A stretch of 17,502 nucleotides of DNA, taken from NCBI GenBank assembly GCA_016840855.1, contig JAEORO010000079.1, positions 1 through 17,502 on the forward strand. Reading direction: 5' to 3'. Shown here piece by piece: positions 1-7,695 of this stretch. A model generated the notes under the pieces. The model was given only the letters and a program-made list of their open reading frames with translations, did not search any database and was not told the DNA's origin. The stretch's first letter is position 1; each line of letters starts with the position of its first letter. Source of the DNA: Candidatus Thorarchaeota archaeon. Lineage in GTDB: Archaea; Asgardarchaeota; Thorarchaeia; Thorarchaeales; Thorarchaeaceae. Both the position numbers and the translations under genes were made by a program.

Positions 1-33
1 ATGAGCAACAGAGTTTGCTGATTTAAGGAATCT

Positions 34-444
34 CTACTCGGCACCCCGATTCTTTACTCCGAACGGGGGAGTACTTACTACAGTATCTATTTGACAACAT
101 AGCTGTAGGGAGGAAACATCACCCAGAACCCAGTCTATGATGTCTTCTATTCCGAGCAATCGTGAGTTCATTTGAGACGCCTTTAAGGCTTTGCTTTGTA
201 CATCAATTCCAATGACCTTGTTTGCACCAAGTAACGCCGCTCCAATTGCGAAGATTCCATCGCCACAGCCAAGATCCAACACAAGTCTATTTTTGATGTC
301 GTTGTGTTCCATCTGAGCAGCATAGAGAATAGAAGCTGCAATTGAAGCTGGAGTGGGGTATTGTTCCAAGGATACATCATATTCGTCTAACCGCTGTATC
401 GATTCAAGTGCAATTTCAAGGTCTCTCAGACGCAAGAACTCCAC
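34..444 (-). CDS. METTL5-family (predicted RNA m6A) SAM-dependent methyltransferase, interrupted by an in-frame TAG at 34-36; homologous-looking frame continues to the window edge
   Basis: LEQYPTP motif, SAM motif VLDLGCGDG and NPPF-like motif (here TPPF). Likely start is TTG at 435 behind SD GGTGGAG. After the TAG the frame reads RFLKSANSVAH. Confidence 0.85.
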   Translation of the reverse strand: MEFLRLRDLEIALESIQRLDEYDVSLEQYPTPASIAASILYAAQMEHNDIKNRLVLDLGCGDGIFAIGAALLGANKVIGIDVQSKALKASQMNSRLLGIEDIIDWVLGDVSSLQLCCQIDTVVSTPPFGVKNRGAE

Positions 445-558
445 CCATTTGTTGTTTTGCTTGTTGAGTAAGCAATCTCTTATTGATGAATTATTTTGTT
501 TGAGTGTGTCAAAGACTCAGGTAATACCCACTCTTATCAGTTCCACATGTCGCATAGG

Positions 559-649
559 CTCCAGTCGAAGTCCACTGGAACTTGCCTCAAGTTCTTATGG
601 AAGTATTTATGTCCAAGGTAGTACCGTACATGTCAGGTTCAGACTGGAG
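559..649. promoter_or_regulatory. ORB/mini-ORB-like Orc1/Cdc6 binding boxes upstream of cdc6 (candidate origin or autoregulatory site)
   Basis: 571-581 reads GTTCCAGTGGA on the minus strand (archaeal ORB core). CTCCAGTC lies at 559-566 with an exact inverted copy at 642-649. AT-rich tract at about 447-502. Confidence 0.55.
599..611 (+). promoter_or_regulatory. Putative BRE/TATA promoter of cdc6
   Basis: Purine-rich GGAAG followed by TATTTATG (604-611), about 50 nt before the ATG; SD-like GGAG at 646-649. Confidence 0.4.
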
Positions 650-660
650 AAGATGACGAG

Positions 661-1908
661 ATGGAGAAACCGCTTGATAAGTTATTTGACAAATTTTTGC
701 AGGGTCAGGCTATTTTTAGAGATAGAACAGCTCTTAGACCTACATATGTACCACAGAGCCTCCCATATAGAGACGACCAGATGAGTCGAATTGGATCAAT
801 CTTAGGACCAGCACTCAGAGGTGCTCCACCTTCAAATATCCTATGCTATGGGAAGACTGGAACTGGGAAAACTGTAGTGGCAAGGTATGTACTAGATATG
901 CTAGTGAAAAAAGCAAAAGAGAGTGGGATAAATGCGCCTTTGACAGCATTTGTGAACTGCAGGATTGTTGGGACGAACTATAGAGTTTTGAAACGACTTT
1001 GTGACCAGATAGATGCAACAATGCCAGATGGGACTGAAGTGCCTTTCACAGGTCTTCCAACTGATGAGATTCGGGATGTTCTCAAGAACAAGTTGGATTC
1101 TGAAACAAATATCCTTACAGTAGTACTTGATGAAGTTGACAGTTTATTGAAACGTGACGTTGGACAAGGTAATGATATTCTCTATGGATTGACAAGAATG
1201 AACGGGGAGCTGGAAAATAGTAGAATATCGATCATAGGCATAAGCAATGATTTGAAATTCAAAGAGATGCTTGACCCTAGGGTCCTATCAACTCTTGGAG
1301 AGGAAGAGGTTATTTTCTCGCCTTATAACGCTGTAGAACTGAAAGGAATTCTAAAACAAAGGGTTGAACTTGCTTTCAATCAGAACGCCATAGGCGATGA
1401 AGGAGTAATCAATCTTGTTGGAGCCTTAGCAGCACAAGAGCATGGAGATGCGCGTAGAGCACTCGATTTACTAAGAACTGCAGGAGAGCTGGCTGAGAGA
1501 AGAGGTGACAGTGCGGTTACTCAAGACCATGTACGAGAGGCACAAAAGGTCATTGAACGTGATACTATAACTGAAACAGTGAAAACACTTCCAATGCAGT
1601 CAAAAGCTGTTCTTTTTGCAGTCTATGTATTGGCAAGTAAGGGACAAAGAGATATCTTCACTGGTGAGTGTTATAATATCTACTCAGAGATAGCCAAATC
1701 TCTTTCATTAGACACGTTGACCCAACGACGTGTATCCGATTTAATCTCTGAATTAGATATGTTGGGATTGATTAATACTACAGTGATTTCGAAAGGCCGA
1801 TATGGGAGAACGAAGAAAATCAAATTAGCTGTTAGCAAGAAACAGATTGGTGTCATTCTGGATGATGATATTCGTCTCAGTAAGGTGGCGCAAGACATTC
1901 TTGATTAA
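661..1908 (+). CDS. cdc6: Orc1/Cdc6 replication initiation protein
   Basis: Walker A GKTGTGKT, Walker B VVLDEVD, GDARRALDLLR sensor-2 region, and C-terminal winged helix TQRRVSDLISELDMLG...SKGRYGRTK. Confidence 0.97.
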   Translation: MEKPLDKLFDKFLQGQAIFRDRTALRPTYVPQSLPYRDDQMSRIGSILGPALRGAPPSNILCYGKTGTGKTVVARYVLDMLVKKAKESGINAPLTAFVNCRIVGTNYRVLKRLCDQIDATMPDGTEVPFTGLPTDEIRDVLKNKLDSETNILTVVLDEVDSLLKRDVGQGNDILYGLTRMNGELENSRISIIGISNDLKFKEMLDPRVLSTLGEEEVIFSPYNAVELKGILKQRVELAFNQNAIGDEGVINLVGALAAQEHGDARRALDLLRTAGELAERRGDSAVTQDHVREAQKVIERDTITETVKTLPMQSKAVLFAVYVLASKGQRDIFTGECYNIYSEIAKSLSLDTLTQRRVSDLISELDMLGLINTTVISKGRYGRTKKIKLAVSKKQIGVILDDDIRLSKVAQDILD

Positions 1909-1928
1909 ATTGGTTAAGATTGGAGAGT

Positions 1929-3551
1929 CTATGTGGACATATCATAGAAGAATCGCACATCAGGGGCCCCGGTTCTGAGATTTAAGAGGGTGACAATACC
2001 AGGCGTTGGTACCACGCCTTGTTTGCGCATAAAGTCAGTCTGGGACTGAAATGTTCCAGAATTAATGATTTGCACACCACGATAGTTGTCAACAGCATTA
2101 TGATGACAATGGCCAAAGTGTACTATGTCTGGAGGTGTGTCAATCACCATCCAGTCTCTATGAAGTGGAGCAAGCTCGGTCTTTCCTCCATACATAGGAA
2201 CAAGATGACGTTTCTTGAGAAGCTCAATCATTGGTGCAGCGGGCTCTGTATATGAAGCGCCAGGAATGTTTGTAACGAGGTCGTCTAGGCTGTCTCCATG
2301 AGTCAACAGGACATTTACCCCCTCAACAATAACCTGACTCGGGTCACCTAACATTGTTACTCGATTTCCTAGGTCGTATAATGACTTTGCAAATTCTTCT
2401 GCGATAGGAGGTTTGGGAAGAGCTTGTCGATTTGCATCATGATTCCCTGGGATGCAGAAAATCTTGATATGATGAGGAAGTTTGTTTAATTTGCTTGCAA
2501 GGAACGCGTATTGTTCATAGATGCTCTCAATTCTCAAGTCGTTTCTCTGTGTGGGGTAGACGCTGATTCCATCTACCATATCACCTGCAACGAAGAGATA
2601 TCTGACTTGTTTTACAAGTGCTTTGTCTTCATCATCAATGTCTCGTCCATTCATCCAATCAATAAACCGATCGAACTCATCTTCTAAGAATTCTTTACTA
2701 CCGCAGTGGATGTCTGAAATAAAAACTCCATAAACATCTCTTCTGGCTCTACCTACGTCACGAGCTGTTGGGATATCGGGGAAGATTACATCATCCGCAA
2801 TCATCCGTGCATCCTCATCAACAAAACCAGAAATGCAGGTAATTTCATCCAGGAGTAAAGAGTTAGCTTTCTCGGAAAGTTGTTGTCCTTTCAGACCCTC
2901 TCTAGTTGCAGGAATGATGCAGATAATCGAGTCGTCAGCATCCTCAAGTTCAATGATTACATTTCGCGATTGGGAGATATTCTTATTCTTTACAATTCCA
3001 AGTACTGTCTGGGTTGTACGACTTAACGTACGTATACCCTCTCGGGTCATTGCCCTTCTCTGTTTTGCTGAATCTTTTCTCAATTTAGCTGTCTGTGGAG
3101 ATACTGCATTTTGCGTATCTATTCGACTCATGTATATTCGTTTTATACGATTAAATCTGTCTATGAAAAGTGCTAAGAAATCCTCGACAGTTCCCCCGGA
3201 CCCCACTTGTGAGGCTTCAGGGTTCTTCACTATTTGAAAAGACCACCCAGCTTCAACATCAGCAACAGGGTGTGATGGTGCAGTTTCAATCTCTTCTCTA
3301 TCAGGTTCATCTTCACTTGCTTCCGGCTCTTCTCTATAGGGGATTTCAAATATTCTTCCTTCAACAAGTGATTCAACATAAGGACGCGAGAGAACAGGAG
3401 GGTGTTTTCCATTTTTGTTGGCCATAAGAATTGATTTCACTGTTTCAATGGGGGTTTCTAGATGTAGGATATACTCGAGTGCTTCGGGTGCTACTTGGAG
3501 TCCTGACTCAATCAGTAATTTTAGCACATTTCGTCGAATTGAAGATGTCAA
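1929..3551 (-). CDS. polB: DNA polymerase D small (proofreading exonuclease) subunit DP1
   Basis: Calcineurin-like phosphoesterase motifs SDIH, GDMVDG, PGNHD, HGDS, GHCH and NSGTFQ; OB-fold region; TTG start with SD GGTGG at 3556-3560. Confidence 0.96.
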   Translation of the reverse strand: MTSSIRRNVLKLLIESGLQVAPEALEYILHLETPIETVKSILMANKNGKHPPVLSRPYVESLVEGRIFEIPYREEPEASEDEPDREEIETAPSHPVADVEAGWSFQIVKNPEASQVGSGGTVEDFLALFIDRFNRIKRIYMSRIDTQNAVSPQTAKLRKDSAKQRRAMTREGIRTLSRTTQTVLGIVKNKNISQSRNVIIELEDADDSIICIIPATREGLKGQQLSEKANSLLLDEITCISGFVDEDARMIADDVIFPDIPTARDVGRARRDVYGVFISDIHCGSKEFLEDEFDRFIDWMNGRDIDDEDKALVKQVRYLFVAGDMVDGISVYPTQRNDLRIESIYEQYAFLASKLNKLPHHIKIFCIPGNHDANRQALPKPPIAEEFAKSLYDLGNRVTMLGDPSQVIVEGVNVLLTHGDSLDDLVTNIPGASYTEPAAPMIELLKKRHLVPMYGGKTELAPLHRDWMVIDTPPDIVHFGHCHHNAVDNYRGVQIINSGTFQSQTDFMRKQGVVPTPGIVTLLNLRTGAPDVRFFYDMST

Positions 3552-3698
3552 TGGGCCACCAGTCTAGGATGTAGAGGTTTCTCGTTTTAAACATCATCCA
3601 TCATAATTGTGATTTAGGAAAAAAGAGAGCTGCGGGAAACGTAATAAGCCGCATACTTAGAATTCAATTGGCGCCTTCCTCTAATAGGTGAAAAGAGT

Positions 3699-4676
3699 AT
3701 GGTTAGCATCAGACGACTCCAGCAGACCGGCGGAAAAAATGGAAGTTCCTTTTTGATAATACTACCTAAAGACTGGATAGTTAGACAAAAGTTGAGTAAA
3801 GGGGATCCTGTGGTAGTTGCAGAACGTGAAGATGGCTGCTTGATTGTAGATCCACGGCTTCCAAAAGCTGGTGAGCGTAAGACAACTACAGCGCAGATAG
3901 AACAAAACCTGAGGTGGGAAATAACGAGCAGGTATCTCCTTGGTTTTGATGAGATTCGTATTGTTAGTGAAGAGCCCATTACAAATACTCAAAGAGACGA
4001 TCTAAAGAGGATAATCAAACGGTTTGTTGCACTTGAAGTCACTGAAGAAGATGACCACCAGATTGTTGTGAGATGTCTTGTTGACCCTGCAACTTTACCG
4101 GTCAACACTGCAATGCGTAGAATGCATCTTATCACTTCAAGGATGATTAATGATTCATTGACTGCTTATATTGACGGCTTAAAAGAGATGGCTGATGAAG
4201 TTGTCCAGCGAGATGAGGAGGTCGATCGATTATTCTTTCTGATTGTTCGAGAGTTGCGATCTGCAATTCAATATCCTAGAATGAGTGAGATGATGAATAT
4301 CACACCAGTTGAAGCACTTGATTTTCGGCTTGCTGTTCAATACATTGAGAGAGTTGCAGATCTAGCTGTAGATGTTGCACAGAGGGTCGGAGATCCTGTA
4401 GACATTTCTCTAAAGAGGAAGATAGAACCAATAGTAGAAAAAGTAAGTAAGATGTTCTCAAATGCCTTCAATAATCTGTTCAAGTTTGATTCAAAGAAAG
4501 TGAGTTCCGTGATCGAGGCAGAAAAAGAACTGATTTCCGAAACAGGAAAGCTTAGACAGCATATTGTGGTAACTCCTAATGGACAACCACAAACTCAAAT
4601 TTTGGTTGTAGATAGTCTATTGAGAATGGGTGAGGCATCGAAAGACATAGTGGATTTAGCTCTGCCCCATAGCTAG
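3699..4676 (+). CDS. phoU: Archaeal phosphate uptake regulator (AbrB-type N-terminal DNA-binding domain plus PhoU domains)
   Basis: N-terminal RRLQQTGG...SFLIILPKDW AbrB signature, YLLGFDEI, and PhoU motifs RDEEVDRLFF and YIERVADLA; SD AGGTGA. Confidence 0.9.
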   Translation: MVSIRRLQQTGGKNGSSFLIILPKDWIVRQKLSKGDPVVVAEREDGCLIVDPRLPKAGERKTTTAQIEQNLRWEITSRYLLGFDEIRIVSEEPITNTQRDDLKRIIKRFVALEVTEEDDHQIVVRCLVDPATLPVNTAMRRMHLITSRMINDSLTAYIDGLKEMADEVVQRDEEVDRLFFLIVRELRSAIQYPRMSEMMNITPVEALDFRLAVQYIERVADLAVDVAQRVGDPVDISLKRKIEPIVEKVSKMFSNAFNNLFKFDSKKVSSVIEAEKELISETGKLRQHIVVTPNGQPQTQILVVDSLLRMGEASKDIVDLALPHS

Positions 4677-4687
4677 AGGAATGAATA

Positions 4688-6070
4688 ATGAGTCAGAAAC
4701 TATTTGGTACTTCTGGAATAAGAGGAACAATAATTGACAAATCAACCCCTGATTTAGCACTTGGACTTGGTCGAGCACTTGGCTCATTTCATGGTGGAAG
4801 AGGAGTCGTGGGAGTAGGTGTTGATGCTAGAACCTCGCGTGAGATGTTAAAAGGCGCTCTAGTTAGCGGACTGCTTTCAACAGGATTGAATGTGGTGGAT
4901 TTAGGAATAGCACCTATGCCAGCTGTGGCTTATTATAGTGCTATCAAAGGGATTTTTGCAACTGTCATCATTACAGCAAGCCACAATCCACCTACTGACA
5001 ATGGATTCAAGTTCTTTTCATCAGGTCGAGAGTTCATCAGGTCTGAGGAAGAATTTTTGGAAAATTCTATACAAAACAAAGAGTATAGGGTTGCACCTTG
5101 GGACAAAATTGGACAGATTACAAAGAAAAACATTAGATTGGACTACTTGTCTGATGTGAAAAAATTCTTGCTTAGTAGGGGTGAGTTAAGCAAAGGAACA
5201 AAGGTCTTGATTGATTTAGCAAATGGAGCAGCTACAAACTATACACCAGAATTGCTGGCAGATCTTGGGTTCTCGGTGACAACCATGAACTCACATCAGG
5301 ATGGACATTTCCCTGGTCGACTACCGGAACCATCACCGCGGAACCTAGGCGATGCGATGAAGATGGCTGCAGAGTCTGATTTTGCTGTCACCATGTGCCA
5401 CGACGGTGATGGTGACAGATTAGCGGTGATTGACGAAGCGGGCGAGTTCATTGACCAGAATCGTGTAATTGCAGTGTTTGCCAAGGACGAGGTGGAGAGA
5501 AATGGAGGAGGCATTGTGCTCACATCAATAGACACTTCAAGTGTGATTGATGAGATTGTCAACTCTGTTGGAGGATCTGTAATTCGAATGCCTCTTGGGT
5601 CTCTTCAAGAGTTTCTAGTCACTGAGAAAGGAAAGGATGTGATTTTTGCCTCAGAGCCTTGGAAACCAATATTCGCCAAATTTGGTTGGTGGATGGATGG
5701 CATTACAGGTGCAGGTCGTTTTGCGCAACTTGTTGATGAACTTGGTGAGGGCAGTTGCATCAGGCTGATGAAAACAATTCCCAAGTATCCAATTCTGAGA
5801 GATTTTGTACCATGTCCAGATAAAATCAAACAAGCCTTTCTGCCAAGAGTGAAGGAGCTGCTTGTTCCTGAGATTGCTGGTGTGGATCAAGTTCTTGAAG
5901 TAGACGGAGTCCGAATAGACTACAAGGATGGCTCTTATGTTCTGATTAGAGTTTCAGGGACAGAACCAAAAGCCAGATTGTATGTTGGAGCCAAATCACA
6001 ACAAACATTGGATAAGACTGCTTCAGTTGCCAAAAAAATAATGGAGCAGGTTCTCGAAGAACTCCAGTGA
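4688..6070 (+). CDS. Alpha-D-phosphohexomutase superfamily enzyme, probably Thermococcus TK1777-type phosphopentomutase
   Basis: FGTSGIRG, phosphoserine loop TASHNP, metal loop DGDGDR and phosphate loop RVSGTEPKAR. The sugar-binding loop reads ASEPWK rather than GExSG/GExNG. Confidence 0.85.
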   Translation: MSQKLFGTSGIRGTIIDKSTPDLALGLGRALGSFHGGRGVVGVGVDARTSREMLKGALVSGLLSTGLNVVDLGIAPMPAVAYYSAIKGIFATVIITASHNPPTDNGFKFFSSGREFIRSEEEFLENSIQNKEYRVAPWDKIGQITKKNIRLDYLSDVKKFLLSRGELSKGTKVLIDLANGAATNYTPELLADLGFSVTTMNSHQDGHFPGRLPEPSPRNLGDAMKMAAESDFAVTMCHDGDGDRLAVIDEAGEFIDQNRVIAVFAKDEVERNGGGIVLTSIDTSSVIDEIVNSVGGSVIRMPLGSLQEFLVTEKGKDVIFASEPWKPIFAKFGWWMDGITGAGRFAQLVDELGEGSCIRLMKTIPKYPILRDFVPCPDKIKQAFLPRVKELLVPEIAGVDQVLEVDGVRIDYKDGSYVLIRVSGTEPKARLYVGAKSQQTLDKTASVAKKIMEQVLEELQ

Positions 6071-6117
6071 CGGTAAGATTAAATCCAATCACCTCAGTTT
6101 GACAAAATGTAATACGA

Positions 6118-6220
6118 GCCGGGGTATCCAAGCGGCTACGGAGGCGGTCTCGAAATGTCTAATTTAACGAGGAAACCGCTGTCTCTGGACTCATGGGTTC
6201 GAGTCCCATCCCCGGCGCCA
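6118..6220 (+). tRNA. tRNA-Ser(CGA) with a 19-nt intron at 37/38 and encoded CCA
   Basis: Acceptor stem GCCGGGG/CCCCGGC, discriminator G, CCA; anticodon stem GCGGT/ACCGC; spliced loop CT-CGA-AA; long variable arm GTC-TCTG-GAC; T arm ATGGG-TTCGAGT-CCCAT. Confidence 0.95.
6155..6173 (+). other. tRNA intron with bulge-helix-bulge splice motif
   Basis: Central helix CTCG (6149-6152)/CGAG (6168-6171) flanked by 3-nt bulges AAA and GAA. Cutting after the second nt of each bulge restores a 7-nt anticodon loop. Confidence 0.88.
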
Positions 6221-6233
6221 TTTCTTCTTTTAT
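6221..6233 (+). terminator. Putative oligo-T terminator after tRNA-Ser
   Basis: TTTCTTCTTTTAT directly follows the CCA end. Confidence 0.45.
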
Positions 6234-6241
6234 GAAACGGC

Positions 6242-6583
6242 TCAAAATGTGAAGATTGAATATCCAGTTTCAACGAATTTCAAGAGATTACTGTGACCTT
6301 TTAATTCACCTTTCAGTGGGACTCCAAGTTGCTCTGCAGCCCTAGTGGCATCGAATGCAGCAGTGCACGCCTTGCAGGCATGGTCAATGAGTCTATGCTC
6401 CATCGCCTCATTAAAGACTGGGAGTTTGATAGTACCATCTACTATTCCAATCAGTAGTTTTGGAGAGGCACATTCTAGAACAGTTGATATCTCGTGACCA
6501 TTCTCATAGAAATTAATCGCGTTGAGAAGAAGATGATACAGTTGCATCTTATTGTCTTCAGTTGCTAAAAACAGGTACTTCAT
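6242..6583 (-). CDS. DsrE/DsrF-like family protein
   Basis: 113 aa, N-terminal beta strand KYLFLA, ACKAC (CxxC) motif and C-terminal GH...GYSIFTF typical of small DsrE-like proteins. Confidence 0.7.
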   Translation of the reverse strand: MKYLFLATEDNKMQLYHLLLNAINFYENGHEISTVLECASPKLLIGIVDGTIKLPVFNEAMEHRLIDHACKACTAAFDATRAAEQLGVPLKGELKGHSNLLKFVETGYSIFTF

Positions 6584-6681
6584 GATAATCCCGATTCAAA
6601 AATGAACTAACTTGATAATGAGGGTTACTGAAAAGCACTAGGATTCATATTGGTCCTATGTGATGTTCTTCAGGGAGTAGA

Positions 6682-7161
6682 ATGAAGATATTAGAAATGA
6701 AATTTGAGAAAAGTAAGACTGGAGATATGGATGAGATCTTATCATTAATCAATAGAACAAATCACGAGTGGTATAGCAGAATAATACCAGAGGAACACTG
6801 GTTTGAACCTTTTCTTACAAGAAAGCAGCTAGAAGAAATGGTTACTTTTATGGAGTTTTTTGTTCACAGAAACAAAGGTGTAATTGTTGCAGTAGGATCA
6901 TTTGGTACTCGGAGTAAGGAGATTGCTTGGATTCCTCTCATGTATGTTAGAACCGATTGTCAGAAGAAAGGGATAGGCTCATCATTGATGGTCTATCTTG
7001 AAAAGCTGGCCCGAGAACAGCATTTTAAAAAAATACAGCTCGAAACCGATAGTGAGGCTAAGTGGGCTCTAGATTTCTACAATAAACATGGTTATTCTAT
7101 TATCAAAAAAGAGAAGAATCCATGGGGATTTCATGTATGGATGGAAAAACAGATACTGTAG
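6682..7161 (+). CDS. GNAT family N-acetyltransferase
   Basis: Acetyl-CoA motif A MYVRTDCQKKGIGSSLM and motif B ALDFYNKHGY; SD GGGAG. Confidence 0.9.
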   Translation: MKILEMKFEKSKTGDMDEILSLINRTNHEWYSRIIPEEHWFEPFLTRKQLEEMVTFMEFFVHRNKGVIVAVGSFGTRSKEIAWIPLMYVRTDCQKKGIGSSLMVYLEKLAREQHFKKIQLETDSEAKWALDFYNKHGYSIIKKEKNPWGFHVWMEKQIL

Positions 7162-7233
7162 TCTTTGGGCTGGTTTTAGTATTTACAAAAAAAGGAGGGT
7201 TGTTTTGCGAGAAGATCTAATGCTTGTTCCTTA

Positions 7234-7389
7234 TTGAGAAGTATAGTTGTTGTGGAAGTCGTAGTCTTTCTTCTAGGCGCATTGCTTGTTACTAATATGC
7301 GTCCCCAATGGATGCAATATTCTGTATATGTAGTTGGTTTGATTCTGTTATTCACTGTGATTATTTGGCTGATTGTTTGTAAAAAATAA
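7234..7389 (+). CDS. Small two-helix membrane protein (51 aa, TTG start), possibly the 3' part of a frameshifted gene starting at 7205
   Basis: Hand translation MRSIVVVEVVVFLLGALLVTNMRPQWMQYSVYVVGLILLFTVIIWLIVCKK*: two hydrophobic segments and a basic C-terminus. Not in the ORF track. Confidence 0.5.
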   Translation: MRSIVVVEVVVFLLGALLVTNMRPQWMQYSVYVVGLILLFTVIIWLIVCKK

Positions 7390-7420
7390 TTATCAGTATT
7401 AGGAGAGTTCATTGATAGAG

Positions 7421-7508
7421 TGGTGCGGAGGGCGAGATTCGAACTCGCGAATTCCTACGAAATAGGGACCTAAACCCTACGCCTTTGACCTGGCTTGGCA
7501 ACCTCCGC
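7421..7508 (-). tRNA. tRNA-Leu(UAG), CCA encoded
   Basis: Reverse complement GCGGAGG...TAGGG-TT-TAG-GT-CCCTA, long variable arm, GCGAG-TTCGAAT-CTCGC, CCTCCGC-A-CCA. Confidence 0.96.
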
Positions 7509-7557
7509 TTACTGAAGCATGATTGTAAACGGGCCAGTTTTAACCGTTTTGTATCAA

Positions 7558-7695
7558 TCAGTCCTCAACGGTTTCCCAAGTGTTACTACAGCGTGGACAA
7601 CGCCACTTTTTCCTATATTTGCCGCTCCCGAGCATCTCTTTCCTTACTAGAGCTACATCATTGAATCCGCATCTTGAGCATGCTGTACTTTTCAT
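7558..7695 (-). CDS. Small C4 zinc-ribbon protein (45 aa; 48 aa if started at 7704), TFIIS/TFS C-terminal ribbon-like spacing
   Basis: Hand translation MKSTACSRCGFNDVALVRKEMLGSGKYRKKWRCPRCSNTWETVED*: CxxC-x23-CxxC-x3-W. Fills an otherwise empty gap and is not in the ORF track. Confidence 0.8.
   Translation of the reverse strand: MKSTACSRCGFNDVALVRKEMLGSGKYRKKWRCPRCSNTWETVED

Noticed and set aside
353-784. 143-aa plus-strand ORF spanning the cdc6 upstream region, and other nested or antisense ORFs (e.g. 2833-3237, 3614-3979, 15594-16004)
   Set aside because: They overlap well-supported genes, show no motifs, and have shadow-ORF composition.
7176-7412. 78-aa minus-strand Thr-rich ORF downstream of tRNA-Leu
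   Set aside because: No recognisable motif. Its Thr/Asn bias mirrors the Val/Ile codons of the plus-strand membrane ORF.
6118-7508. Integrated virus or plasmid at the tRNA genes; CRISPR array; IS elements
   Set aside because: I saw no integrase or transposase, no att duplication of either tRNA 3' end, and no regularly spaced repeats anywhere in the window.
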